Below, one piece after another: positions 23,075 to 31,964 of a stretch of DNA of 64,000 nucleotides. A program made the position numbers and the translations under genes. The notes under the pieces were generated by a model. That model was given only the letters and a program-made list of their open reading frames with translations. It was not told the origin of the DNA and did not search any database. Positions within the stretch are counted from its first letter, which is position 1. Every line of letters starts with the position of its first letter. This DNA is from Alphaproteobacteria bacterium (GTDB lineage: Bacteria; Pseudomonadota; Alphaproteobacteria; UBA828), in the NCBI GenBank assembly GCA_965207055.1, contig CBDBLP010000002.1, forward strand, positions 336,152-400,151. The letters are read 5' to 3'.

Positions 23075-26000
23075 ATGATTCCACCCATCGCACCTCATCA
23101 GGCCTACTCAGGACTAGTCAGCCCACGACTTAACCGTATCTACACGCTCCTCTCCACCTTCCTAGGACCTCAGCCCCACGCCCAGAGCCAAGACAGGAAT
23201 GCTACCGATATTTGGGTCGACGAAGGCGGGAATGTAGAGGCAAGCACTGCCACGTTGACGATCAACGAAGGAGAGACCAAGAGCTACAGCGTGCGACTCA
23301 CGAAGCAACCACATTCGGAAGCCGACCAAGACTGGTGGGTCATGATCGTGGTCGACGGCAAGCGGCGCAACGACAGATTCTATCCCAACGAAGAGAATCC
23401 GATCGTCAGCTGGTCACCGTCGATCGGGAGAACATTCGACAGGGGCAACTGGAACCGATGGAAAGACATCACAATTACGGCGCACCAGGATGACGACGAC
23501 GATGATCACACAATAATCTTTTCCTCCGAACTGTGGGATCACGACGCCTACTGTCCTCCAGACTTGCACGGGGGTGGCACACCCCTGGCGATGGTGACCG
23601 TCCACATTATTGACGACGATGGCGACTTGCCGAGCCTGTCTATCGAAGACACGACGGTCGACGAGGGAGACGAGGCAGAATTCGTCGTAAAGCTGAGCAA
23701 GGTGAGCGACGAGACCGTGTCGGTGAGGTACGCGACGTCGGGAGGAACCGCCACCGAGGGCACGGACTACACCCGTGAAACCGGCACACTTACCTTCGAG
23801 CCTGGCCAAACACAAAAGTCCATCGAAGTACAGACAACCCAGGACGAGCTCGACGAACCGAACGAGGAGTTCTCCCTAACCCTGAGCAACCCCGACCGCG
23901 CGGCACTGAGCAGGGGCACGGGAACCGGGACGATCAAGGACAACGACGATCCGAATCTCTCCATCGCGGATGCGACGCCGGTGGTCGAGGGCGGGACGGC
24001 AGAGTTCGTCGTGACGATGAGCATAGAGAGCACGCGAAGCGTGACGGTCAACTACCAGACCAGGAGCGGGACGGCAGTCGCGGGACAGGATTTCCAGACG
24101 ACGTCGGGCATCCTGACTTTCAACCCGAACACCACGCAGCAGACCATCTCGGTGCCCACAACCGACGATGCGACCGACGAGGTGGACGGGGAGACCTTCA
24201 CGGTGACGCTGAGTGCTCCCAACGGCGCGACGCTCGAAGACGGCTCCGCAACGGGAACCATCAACGACAACGACGAGGCGAAGCTCTCCATCTCGGATGC
24301 CACGGCGGTTGAGGGAAACCCGGCGCGATTCGACGTGACGCTGAGCCCGGCGAGCGACCGGACCGTGACGGTGAGCTACGCGACGTCGGGGGTGACGGCG
24401 ACCGAGGGCACGGACTACACCGGGACGTCCGACACAACACTCACCTTCTCGGCCGGCGAACTGCAGAAAAGGATCGAGATAGCGACCCACACGGACTCTA
24501 CCGTCGAGCCCGATGAAACCTTTAGGGTCACGTTAAGCAGCCCGAGCGAAGCGGGCATAGAGGACGGCACCGCGACGGGGACGATCACCGACGATGACCT
24601 GCCGGCGCTCTCCATCGCGGACGCGCCGGCGGTGACCGAGGGTGAGACGGCAGAGTTCGTCGTGACTCTGAGCGCGCCCAACATGGATCCCGTGACGGTC
24701 AGCTACGAAACGGCAAGCGGGACCGCGACCGAGGGCACGGACTTCACCCGGACGACCGACACGCTGAACTTCAGCGCAAACTCGAACACACCGCAAATCC
24801 GGACCATCTCGGTGCCGACGGAAGATGACGGTGACGAGGAGACGAGCGAGACCTTCACAGTCCGACTGACCAACGCCGACGGCGCAACAGTGGAGGACGG
24901 CACTGCAACGGGGACCATCAACGATAACGACGACCCAGAACCAAACCCGAATCCGAATCCCAACCCGAACCCCAACCCCAACCCCAACCCCAACCCCAAC
25001 CCCAACCCCAACCCCAACCCCAACCCCAACCCCGACCCGGGTGATAACAACGACAACAACGACAACGGGGGCGACGGAAATGGCGGCAACGGGGGCAACG
25101 GCGGCAATGGTGGGAACGGCGAGAACGGCGAGAACGGTGGAAACGGTAACGGTGACGGAAACGGCGGAAATGACGGCAACGGCGAAAATGGCGAAAACGG
25201 TGAGAGCGGTGGCAACGGTGAGAACGGCGGCAACGGAAACGGCGACGGAAACGGCGGAGGCAGCCTCCCGACCCTCTCCATTGCGGACGCGACGGCGGAC
25301 GAGGGAGAAAGAGCAGGCTTCGCAATAACGCTGAGCGCGTCCAGCGACCAGGACGTGACCGTGCAATATCGGACGGTGGACGGAACGGCGGAATCGGGCA
25401 CTGACTACACCGCGATATCCGACACGCTCACCTTCCCCTCCGGCACCACACGGCAACTTGTGGAGGTGTCCACCCTCGACGATGCATCCCGAGAAGCGGA
25501 CGAGACGTTCACGGTGACGCTGGGCAACCCCACCGGCGCGACGCTGGAAGACGGCTCCGCAACGGGGACGATCATCGACAATGACGACGCACCAACCCTC
25601 TCCATCGCTGACGCGACTGCCATCGAGGGAGGAGGTGCGGAATTCCTCGTAACGCTCAGCCCGGCGAGCGCGGAAACCGTGACGGTCGACTACCGGACGG
25701 CCAGCGGAACGGCCATCGCGGGAGAGGATTTCGACACCACATCGGGCACTCTGACCTTCGCTCCCAATGCCACAGAGCAGACCATCACGGTTCAGACCCG
25801 CGAGGACGACCTGGACGAGCCGGAAGAGATCTTTGCCTTGACGCTGAGTAACCCCGACGGGGCGACGCTGGCGGACACCAGCGCGACGGGGACGATTGTC
25901 GACGATGACGTGTCGGGCTTCTCCATCGCGGACGCGGCGGTGGAGGAGGGAAGCACGGCAGAGTTCGTCGTGACGCTCAGCGTGCCAAGCTGGCAGAGAA

Positions 26001-29000
26001 TGACGGTCAATTACCAGACATCGAACAGAACAGCGGTTGCGGGCCAGGACTACGAGGCGACGTCCGGTACGCTCATCTTCTACCCTGGCGACACGCGGAA
26101 GCCTGTCCGGGTGCATACGCGCGAGGACGATCTGGACGAGCCGGACGAGACCTTCACGGTGTCGCTGATCGGACCGAGCGGCGCGACGCTGGCGGACGCC
26201 ACCGCCACAGGCACGATCACCGACGACGATCAGGCGAGCCTCTCCATCGCGGATGCGATGGTGGAAGAGGGGAGCACGGCGGCATTCGTCGTGACGATGA
26301 GCGTACCGAGCACGCAGAGCGTGACGGTGAGCTTTCGGACGGCGAGCGGCACGGCGGCCGAGGGCACGGACTACGACGCGGCGTCAGGCACTCTCACCTT
26401 CTCGGTCGGAGAGGTCGAGAAGAGAATCCTGGTGCGGACTATCGCGGACGAGCTCGACGAGCCGGACGAGACCTTCACGGTGTCGCTGATCGGACCGAGC
26501 GGCGCGACGCTGGCGGACGCCACCGCGACGGGCACGATCACCGACGACGACCATGCGAGCCTCTCCATCGCGGATGCGATGGTGGAAGAGGGGAGCACGG
26601 CGGCATTCGTCGTGACGATGAGCGTACCGAGCGCGCAGAGCGTGACGGTGAGCTACCGGACAGCGGGCGGCACGGCGGCCGAGGGCACGGACTACGACGC
26701 GGTGTCGGGCACTCTCACCTTCTCGGCCGGCGATGTAGAGAAGACCATCCGGGTGCAGACCCGCGAAGACGACCTGGACGAGTCGGAAGAGACGTTCAGG
26801 GTGACGCTGAGCAACCCCAGCGGCGCGACGTTGGGGGACGCCACCGCGACGGGGACGATTGTCGACGACGACCGGGCGAGCCTCTCCATCGCGGATGCGA
26901 CGGTGCTTGAGGGGAGCACGGCGGCATTCGTCGTGACGATGAGCGTACCGAGCACGCAGAGCGTGACGGTGAGCCTTCGGACAGCGAGCGGCACGGCGGC
27001 CGAGGGCAGGGACTACGACGCGGCCTCGGGCACTCTCACTTTCTCGACCGGAGAGGTCGAGAAGAGAATCCTGGTGCGGACTCTCGCGGACGACCTCGAC
27101 GAGCCGGACGAGACCTTCACGGTGTCGCTGATCGGACCGAGCGGCGCGACGCTGGCGGACGCCACCGCAACGGGCACGATCATCGACGACGATCAGGCGA
27201 GCCTCTCCATCGCGGATGCGACGGTGCAAGAGGGGAGCACGGCGGCGTTCGTCGTGACGATGAGCACTCCGAGCACGCAGAGCGTGACGGTGAGCTACCG
27301 GACAGCAAGCGGCACGGCGGCCGAGGGCACGGACTACGACGCGGTGTCGGGCACTCTCACCTTCTCGACCGGCGATGTAGAGAAGACCATCCGGGTGCAG
27401 ACCCGCCAAGACGACGTCGACGAGCCGGACGAGACGTTCGGGGTAACGCTGAGCAACCCCAGCGGTGCGACGCTGGCGGATGCCAGCGCGACGGGGACGA
27501 TTGTCGACGATGACGTGTCGGGCTTCTCCATCGCGGATGCGCGGGTGGCGGAAGGCGGAACGGCGCGCTTCACGGTGACGCTCAGCCCGCCAAGCGAGCA
27601 GACCGTGACGGTCGACTACCGGACGGGCAGCGGAACCGCGGCGGCGGGCCTCGACTTCGACGCGGCATCCGGCAGGCTGACCTTCGGTCCCCGCGTCACA
27701 CGGCAGATCATCGCGGTGCAAACCCGCGCGGACGACCTCGACGAGCCGGACGAGACCTTCACAGTGACGTTGAGCAGCCCGGGCGGCGCGACGTTGGCGG
27801 ACGCCACCGCGACGGGGACGATCACCGACGACGACGTGAGACCGCTGGCGCCGATCAATGAGGAACTCATTCCCGAGCTGGGCCGCGCACTGGCGTTCAC
27901 TGCCGTCCGCTGCCGGATCGAGCAGGTGTTCTCCGACATGGCGCGCGGCTGGGCGAAGCCTTACGTCAATACGTCGTTGTCCGCCGCCCCGACATCCGTT
28001 GCGCCCGCCTCTCTCGATTGGGCCGAGGACGACGACGACGATCGTTCGCCGGCGCTCGAGCAGGTGCTCGACAACACGGCGTTCCTCCTGCCGGTGCTGG
28101 ATGAGAATGGCGAAAGCACGCGTTTCGCGGCTTGGGGCTGCGGCGACTACCGTGCCCTCTCTGGCGACGGAGGAGGCTCCGCCGGAGCCTGGGACGGCCA
28201 GGCGTTCAGCATGCAGGTGGGGGCCGACGCGATCGTCGGACGCAATCTGCTAGCGGGCGTATCCCTCTCCCAGTCGCAGGGCTCGCTCGAATTCGATGGC
28301 GTGGGGATCGGTAACGACCGCTCCGATGGGGGCTACGATCTGCAGCTCACCGGAGTGCACCCCTATCTCGCCTGGTGGATGTCGCGCGATCTGGAAGTCT
28401 GGGGGACCATCGGCCTGGCCCGGGGCGAGCTGCAGGTTGCGGACGACGCCTCCGGATCGTCCCACGCCAGCGAGGCAACGCTGGCCTCGGGCACGATCGG
28501 CCTCAACGGCCGGCTGCTGGAGCTCGGCGGGACGACGCTCCGGCTGAAGGGCGAGTGGGCCCTCGCGCAGCTCGATGTCGCCCGCAGGACCGCTGCGTTC
28601 CGCAACGCGGCGGTGGACCTGCAACGGCTGCGGCTCGCGGCCGAAGTCGAGCATGAGGAAGTCGTCCCCTACGTCGGCGTGCTCGCGCCCTGGGCGGAGC
28701 TCGGTCTGCGCCACGAGGGCGGCGACGGGGCGACCGGCTCCGGCCTGGAACTCGGCGGCGGGCTGCACTACCGGCAAATCGAGCAGGGCTGGAACGCGGA
28801 GCTCTATGGCCGCTGGGTCCTGGTGCAGGACGACGCGCTACCGGAAGAGCAGGGGTTCGGCCTGCGCTTCCGCTACGATCCAGAGGCGCCCAACTTCGGC
28901 CCGTGGGTGAGCCTGTCGCAGACCTGGGGCGAGCCGGCGAGCGGCTTGCAGCAGCTGTGGGAAGACGGCCTGCGCGCTTCGGCCACGGACGAGCCGTTGG

Positions 29001-29233
29001 CGGGGCGCCTGGAACTGGAGATTGCTTACGGTGTCCCGGCGTTCAGGGAACAGGGCGTGCTGGTACCCTTTGGCGCGTTGAGCCTGGGGAAGGACGGTGA
29101 GCGGACCTTGAGGGTGGGCAGCCGCCTGGTGCTGGGATCGATAGGCGTCCTGAGCCTCGAGGCGGTGCGCCGCGAATACGCCTCCACGCCGACGCACCAC
29201 GCGGTCATGCTGCGGGGCATCCTCCGCTACTAG
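23075..29233 (+). CDS. Giant autotransporter with at least 12 Calx-beta-like modules, a PN/GN low-complexity linker and a C-terminal beta-barrel
   Basis: The module LSIADAxVxEGxTAxFVVTLSxPSxxxVTVxYxTxxGTAxxGxDYxxxSGTLTFxxGxxxKxIxVxTxxDxxDEPDETFxVxLSxPxGATLxDxxATGTIxDDD recurs at least 12 times. The C-terminal roughly 360 aa has alternating-strand barrel character and ends ...VMLRGILRY. Confidence 0.8.
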   Translation: MIPPIAPHQAYSGLVSPRLNRIYTLLSTFLGPQPHAQSQDRNATDIWVDEGGNVEASTATLTINEGETKSYSVRLTKQPHSEADQDWWVMIVVDGKRRNDRFYPNEENPIVSWSPSIGRTFDRGNWNRWKDITITAHQDDDDDDHTIIFSSELWDHDAYCPPDLHGGGTPLAMVTVHIIDDDGDLPSLSIEDTTVDEGDEAEFVVKLSKVSDETVSVRYATSGGTATEGTDYTRETGTLTFEPGQTQKSIEVQTTQDELDEPNEEFSLTLSNPDRAALSRGTGTGTIKDNDDPNLSIADATPVVEGGTAEFVVTMSIESTRSVTVNYQTRSGTAVAGQDFQTTSGILTFNPNTTQQTISVPTTDDATDEVDGETFTVTLSAPNGATLEDGSATGTINDNDEAKLSISDATAVEGNPARFDVTLSPASDRTVTVSYATSGVTATEGTDYTGTSDTTLTFSAGELQKRIEIATHTDSTVEPDETFRVTLSSPSEAGIEDGTATGTITDDDLPALSIADAPAVTEGETAEFVVTLSAPNMDPVTVSYETASGTATEGTDFTRTTDTLNFSANSNTPQIRTISVPTEDDGDEETSETFTVRLTNADGATVEDGTATGTINDNDDPEPNPNPNPNPNPNPNPNPNPNPNPNPNPNPNPDPGDNNDNNDNGGDGNGGNGGNGGNGGNGENGENGGNGNGDGNGGNDGNGENGENGESGGNGENGGNGNGDGNGGGSLPTLSIADATADEGERAGFAITLSASSDQDVTVQYRTVDGTAESGTDYTAISDTLTFPSGTTRQLVEVSTLDDASREADETFTVTLGNPTGATLEDGSATGTIIDNDDAPTLSIADATAIEGGGAEFLVTLSPASAETVTVDYRTASGTAIAGEDFDTTSGTLTFAPNATEQTITVQTREDDLDEPEEIFALTLSNPDGATLADTSATGTIVDDDVSGFSIADAAVEEGSTAEFVVTLSVPSWQRMTVNYQTSNRTAVAGQDYEATSGTLIFYPGDTRKPVRVHTREDDLDEPDETFTVSLIGPSGATLADATATGTITDDDQASLSIADAMVEEGSTAAFVVTMSVPSTQSVTVSFRTASGTAAEGTDYDAASGTLTFSVGEVEKRILVRTIADELDEPDETFTVSLIGPSGATLADATATGTITDDDHASLSIADAMVEEGSTAAFVVTMSVPSAQSVTVSYRTAGGTAAEGTDYDAVSGTLTFSAGDVEKTIRVQTREDDLDESEETFRVTLSNPSGATLGDATATGTIVDDDRASLSIADATVLEGSTAAFVVTMSVPSTQSVTVSLRTASGTAAEGRDYDAASGTLTFSTGEVEKRILVRTLADDLDEPDETFTVSLIGPSGATLADATATGTIIDDDQASLSIADATVQEGSTAAFVVTMSTPSTQSVTVSYRTASGTAAEGTDYDAVSGTLTFSTGDVEKTIRVQTRQDDVDEPDETFGVTLSNPSGATLADASATGTIVDDDVSGFSIADARVAEGGTARFTVTLSPPSEQTVTVDYRTGSGTAAAGLDFDAASGRLTFGPRVTRQIIAVQTRADDLDEPDETFTVTLSSPGGATLADATATGTITDDDVRPLAPINEELIPELGRALAFTAVRCRIEQVFSDMARGWAKPYVNTSLSAAPTSVAPASLDWAEDDDDDRSPALEQVLDNTAFLLPVLDENGESTRFAAWGCGDYRALSGDGGGSAGAWDGQAFSMQVGADAIVGRNLLAGVSLSQSQGSLEFDGVGIGNDRSDGGYDLQLTGVHPYLAWWMSRDLEVWGTIGLARGELQVADDASGSSHASEATLASGTIGLNGRLLELGGTTLRLKGEWALAQLDVARRTAAFRNAAVDLQRLRLAAEVEHEEVVPYVGVLAPWAELGLRHEGGDGATGSGLELGGGLHYRQIEQGWNAELYGRWVLVQDDALPEEQGFGLRFRYDPEAPNFGPWVSLSQTWGEPASGLQQLWEDGLRASATDEPLAGRLELEIAYGVPAFREQGVLVPFGALSLGKDGERTLRVGSRLVLGSIGVLSLEAVRREYASTPTHHAVMLRGILRY
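24935..25262 (+). repeat. Low-complexity coding tract: (PN)n encoded in part by a perfect (CCCCAA)11 run at 24968-25033, then a GNG/GEN-rich segment
   Basis: A direct read gives aaccccaaccccaacccc... The translation is PNPNPNPN...DPGDNNDNNDNGGDGNGGNGGNGGNGGNGENGENGG... Confidence 0.9.
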
Positions 29234-29377
29234 AGCGCATCCGTTTCACCCGGAAGCGCTCTGATTCTCTGTCGCTCACGGCAGCCGGCCTAAGGCCGGC
29301 GCCTCCGCGAGGGCGCCGCATTCGCGGCGGGCCGCGGTCGCGGCCTGTCGCGCATCCGTCAAGGACGGACGCGCTCT
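29232..29377. repeat. REP/MITE-like palindromic element bounded by 13-bp inverted repeats
   Basis: AGAGCGCATCCGT (29232-29244) pairs with ACGGACGCGCTCT (29365-29377), matching at 12 of 13 positions as an inverted repeat. Internal hairpins include GCCGGCC-taa-GGCCGGC (29284-29300) and GGCGCC...GGCGCC. Confidence 0.6.
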
Positions 29378-29489
29378 AACCCGGAATTCCCGGCAGAGGT
29401 CACGCTTTGCGCGGCGCAGGACACTCGGGGCTGCTTGCGCGGGCGCGCCGATCGGCTAGGCTCGGGCCGCCACGCCAAGGGAGAGCCCA

Positions 29490-30008
29490 ATGAGCCACGC
29501 CACCGCCTCCGTCACCCGCATCTCGGCGCCGAGCGCCCATCCCTTCTCGCCCCCCGATATCGTGCTTCAGACCGATCCCGAGGACGAGCGGATCTGGGTG
29601 CCGCTGAAGGAAGGCGTCTGGCTGCGCCCGCTGATGTACAACACCGTGCAGGGCGGCTGGTGCGAGGTGGTGAAGGTCAGGGGCGGCGGCTTCGTCTCGC
29701 GCCACCGGCACCCGGCGCCGGTCCACGGCCTCGTGCTCAAGGGCGCCTTCCGCTATCTGGAGCACGACTGGATCGCCGATCAGGGCACCTACATCTACGA
29801 GCCGCCGGGCGAGGTTCACACTCTGGTGGTGGATGACGACTGCCCCGAGATGCACTGCTTCTTCGCGATCTCCGGCTCGGTCAACTACGTGGACGAGGAT
29901 GGCCGGGACGTCCGCGCCGAGGACGTTTTCCACCGCCTCGACCGTGCCCGGGAGCACTACGAGGAAGTCGGCCTCGGCGCCGACTACGTCAAGAACTTCG
30001 TGCGCTAG
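29490..30008 (+). CDS. Cupin-fold protein, 2,4'-dihydroxyacetophenone dioxygenase-like family
   Basis: 172 aa with a cupin core (RHRHPAPVHGLVLKGAFRYLEHDWIADQGTYIYEPPGEVHTL). Confidence 0.6.
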   Translation: MSHATASVTRISAPSAHPFSPPDIVLQTDPEDERIWVPLKEGVWLRPLMYNTVQGGWCEVVKVRGGGFVSRHRHPAPVHGLVLKGAFRYLEHDWIADQGTYIYEPPGEVHTLVVDDDCPEMHCFFAISGSVNYVDEDGRDVRAEDVFHRLDRAREHYEEVGLGADYVKNFVR

Positions 30009-30072
30009 GCAACGCCGGCGATCGTGCGACGCGGATCGGGTCGGCAGGCAGTCAAAGCGGGAGTGGGTCACC

Positions 30073-30285
30073 ATGCAGGACGGGTTTAGGGCTGTCGTGA
30101 AGCAATCCGGTCCCTGGTGGATCGGCTGGATCGAGGAGATTCCCGGCGTCAATTGCCAGGAGCGCACCAGGGAGGAACTGCTGGAAACGCTCCGGGTGAC
30201 CCTGCGGGAAGCGCTGGAGCACAATCGTCGCGAGGCCATCGAGGCCGCAGGGCAGGACTATGAGGAAGCCACCGTCGTCGTATGA
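30073..30285 (+). CDS. hicB: HicB-family antitoxin (short form)
   Basis: 70 aa (MQDGFRAVVKQSGPWWIGWIEEIPGVNCQERTREELLETLRVTLREALE). An ATGA overlap couples it to the hicA-like gene. Confidence 0.75.
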   Translation: MQDGFRAVVKQSGPWWIGWIEEIPGVNCQERTREELLETLRVTLREALEHNRREAIEAAGQDYEEATVVV

Positions 30286-30470
30286 AACGACGCAAGCTCC
30301 TGCGGCACCTGCGCAGGCATGGCTGCGTGCTGCTGCGTGAGGGCGGGCGGCATTCCTGGTGGCACAACCCCGCGTCGAACAGGCGGTCCGCTGTTCCGCG
30401 TCACGCGGAGATCGACGACCGCTTGGCGCGCAAGATCTGCAAGGACCTCGACGTACCCTTTGTTGAATGA
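30282..30470 (+). CDS. hicA: HicA-family mRNA interferase toxin
   Basis: 62 aa (MKRRKLLRHLRRHGCVLLREGGRHSWWHNPASNRRSAVPRHAEIDDRLARKICKDLDVP). Confidence 0.8.
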   Translation: MKRRKLLRHLRRHGCVLLREGGRHSWWHNPASNRRSAVPRHAEIDDRLARKICKDLDVPFVE

Positions 30471-30589
30471 TCGAACGAGCCGGGGCCCAGGCGAGCGGGG
30501 CACTGGGGGCCCGCCCGTCAAACTACCGTGCATGGGCGCGCCTGCGGCTCCTATAATGGCGCGCCGGTGAGCGAGGGGGAGCAGCCACC

Positions 30590-31468
30590 ATGTATCCAGC
30601 ACCGATTGACGAGTACGTGCGGCCGGCGACGGTCTCGGACGCGCTCGCCGCACTCGGCCGCTACGACGAAGGCGACGCGGTCTTCGTGGCCGGCGGCCAG
30701 AGCCTCATGCAGGCCGTCAAGGCGCGCCTCGTGCGCCCGCGCTGCCTGATTGACCTTCAGGCGGTGGACGGGCTTTCCGGCATCGATGTCGGCGCGGACG
30801 GGGTCCGCATCGGGCCCATGACGCGATATGTGGAGATCGCCCGCGACGAACGGCTCGGCGGCGCCTACGGCGCGCTCCGCGACGCGGCAGAGCGTGTCGG
30901 CGACCGCCAGGTCCGCAACCGGGGCACCATCGGCGGAAGCCTTTGCTGGAACTACGTCGCCGCCTGCACGCCGCCCACGGCGATCGGGCTGGGCGCTGAG
31001 CTGGAGCTGACGGCGGCCGACGGCGCCACGCGCACCCTGGCTGCAGAAGACTTCATCGGCGGCCCCCTGGAGACGGCGCGGGAGGACAACGAGATACTCA
31101 CCGCCATCACCATCCCGGCCGCCAGGGGGAGCGCCGGCAGCGCCTACAAGAAGTGGGGCCTGGTGACCGACGCGCTGCCCGTAATCGGTGTTTGCGTCGC
31201 GCTGGAGGTGGCGGACGGGCGTTGCGCCAGCGCGCGCGTCGCGGTCGGCGGTCTCGCGAACGGGCCCACGCGCTCCGGCGCCGCCGAGGAGGCGCTGGCC
31301 GGCGTGGCTGCCGGCGATGGGGACGGCATCGCGGCGGCACTCGCCAAGGCCGCAGACGAGATCGAGACCCAGGGGGATCTCTGGGCCGACAGCGACTATC
31401 GAAAGCAGCTCATCCGCTCGCTCGGCGCCGAGGTCACGGCCACGGCGTTTGCGCGAGCGGCCGGCTAA
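30590..31468 (+). CDS. Molybdopterin dehydrogenase FAD-binding (medium, CoxM-like) subunit
   Basis: 292 aa with an FAD_binding_5-type N-terminus (FVAGGQSLMQAVKARLVRP...RNRGTIGGSL) and a CO_deh_flav_C-like C-terminus. Confidence 0.8.
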   Translation: MYPAPIDEYVRPATVSDALAALGRYDEGDAVFVAGGQSLMQAVKARLVRPRCLIDLQAVDGLSGIDVGADGVRIGPMTRYVEIARDERLGGAYGALRDAAERVGDRQVRNRGTIGGSLCWNYVAACTPPTAIGLGAELELTAADGATRTLAAEDFIGGPLETAREDNEILTAITIPAARGSAGSAYKKWGLVTDALPVIGVCVALEVADGRCASARVAVGGLANGPTRSGAAEEALAGVAAGDGDGIAAALAKAADEIETQGDLWADSDYRKQLIRSLGAEVTATAFARAAG

Positions 31469-31490
31469 GGGCGGGGAGAGGAATCCGGCA

Positions 31491-31964
31491 ATGAGCACGA
31501 CCACGATCACGGTGACGATCAACGGCGAGGTCTTCGAGGAGACCGTGCCGGTCCGCATGCTGCTGGTCGACTTCATCCGCGAGCGCGCGGCGCTCACCGG
31601 CACCCACATCGGCTGCACCTACGAGGGCGTCTGCGGCGCCTGTACGGTCCAGCTCGATGGCGAGGCGGTGAAGTCCTGCCTGATGGTGGCCGCCCAGGCC
31701 GACGGGCACGAAATCACAACCGTCGAGGGCTTGGCCCAGGGCGGCGAGCTCTCGCCCCTGCAGCGGGCCTTCAACGAGCAGCACGCCCTGCAGTGCGGCT
31801 TCTGTACGCCGGGCATCCTGATGAACATGGAAGAGTTCCTGCGCGAGAACCCGGACCCGACGGATGACGAGATACGCCGCGGGCTGGTCGGCAATCTCTG
31901 CCGCTGCACCGGGTATGCGCACATCGTCGATGCGGTCCGCCAGGCCGCGAAAGAGACCAGGTGA
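31491..31964 (+). CDS. (2Fe-2S)-binding small (CoxS-like) subunit
   Basis: Cysteine motifs CTYEGVCGACTV and CGFCTPG...CRCTGY are present, and a GGAGAGG-like RBS lies upstream. Confidence 0.85.
   Translation: MSTTTITVTINGEVFEETVPVRMLLVDFIRERAALTGTHIGCTYEGVCGACTVQLDGEAVKSCLMVAAQADGHEITTVEGLAQGGELSPLQRAFNEQHALQCGFCTPGILMNMEEFLRENPDPTDDEIRRGLVGNLCRCTGYAHIVDAVRQAAKETR

Noticed and set aside
24968-25033. The (CCCCAA)n run is identical to a ciliate telomere repeat unit and could be a telomere-like or contaminant sequence.
   Set aside because: It is in frame inside a continuous bacterial ORF, encodes (PN)n, and is flanked by degenerate synonymous variants of the same codon pairs.
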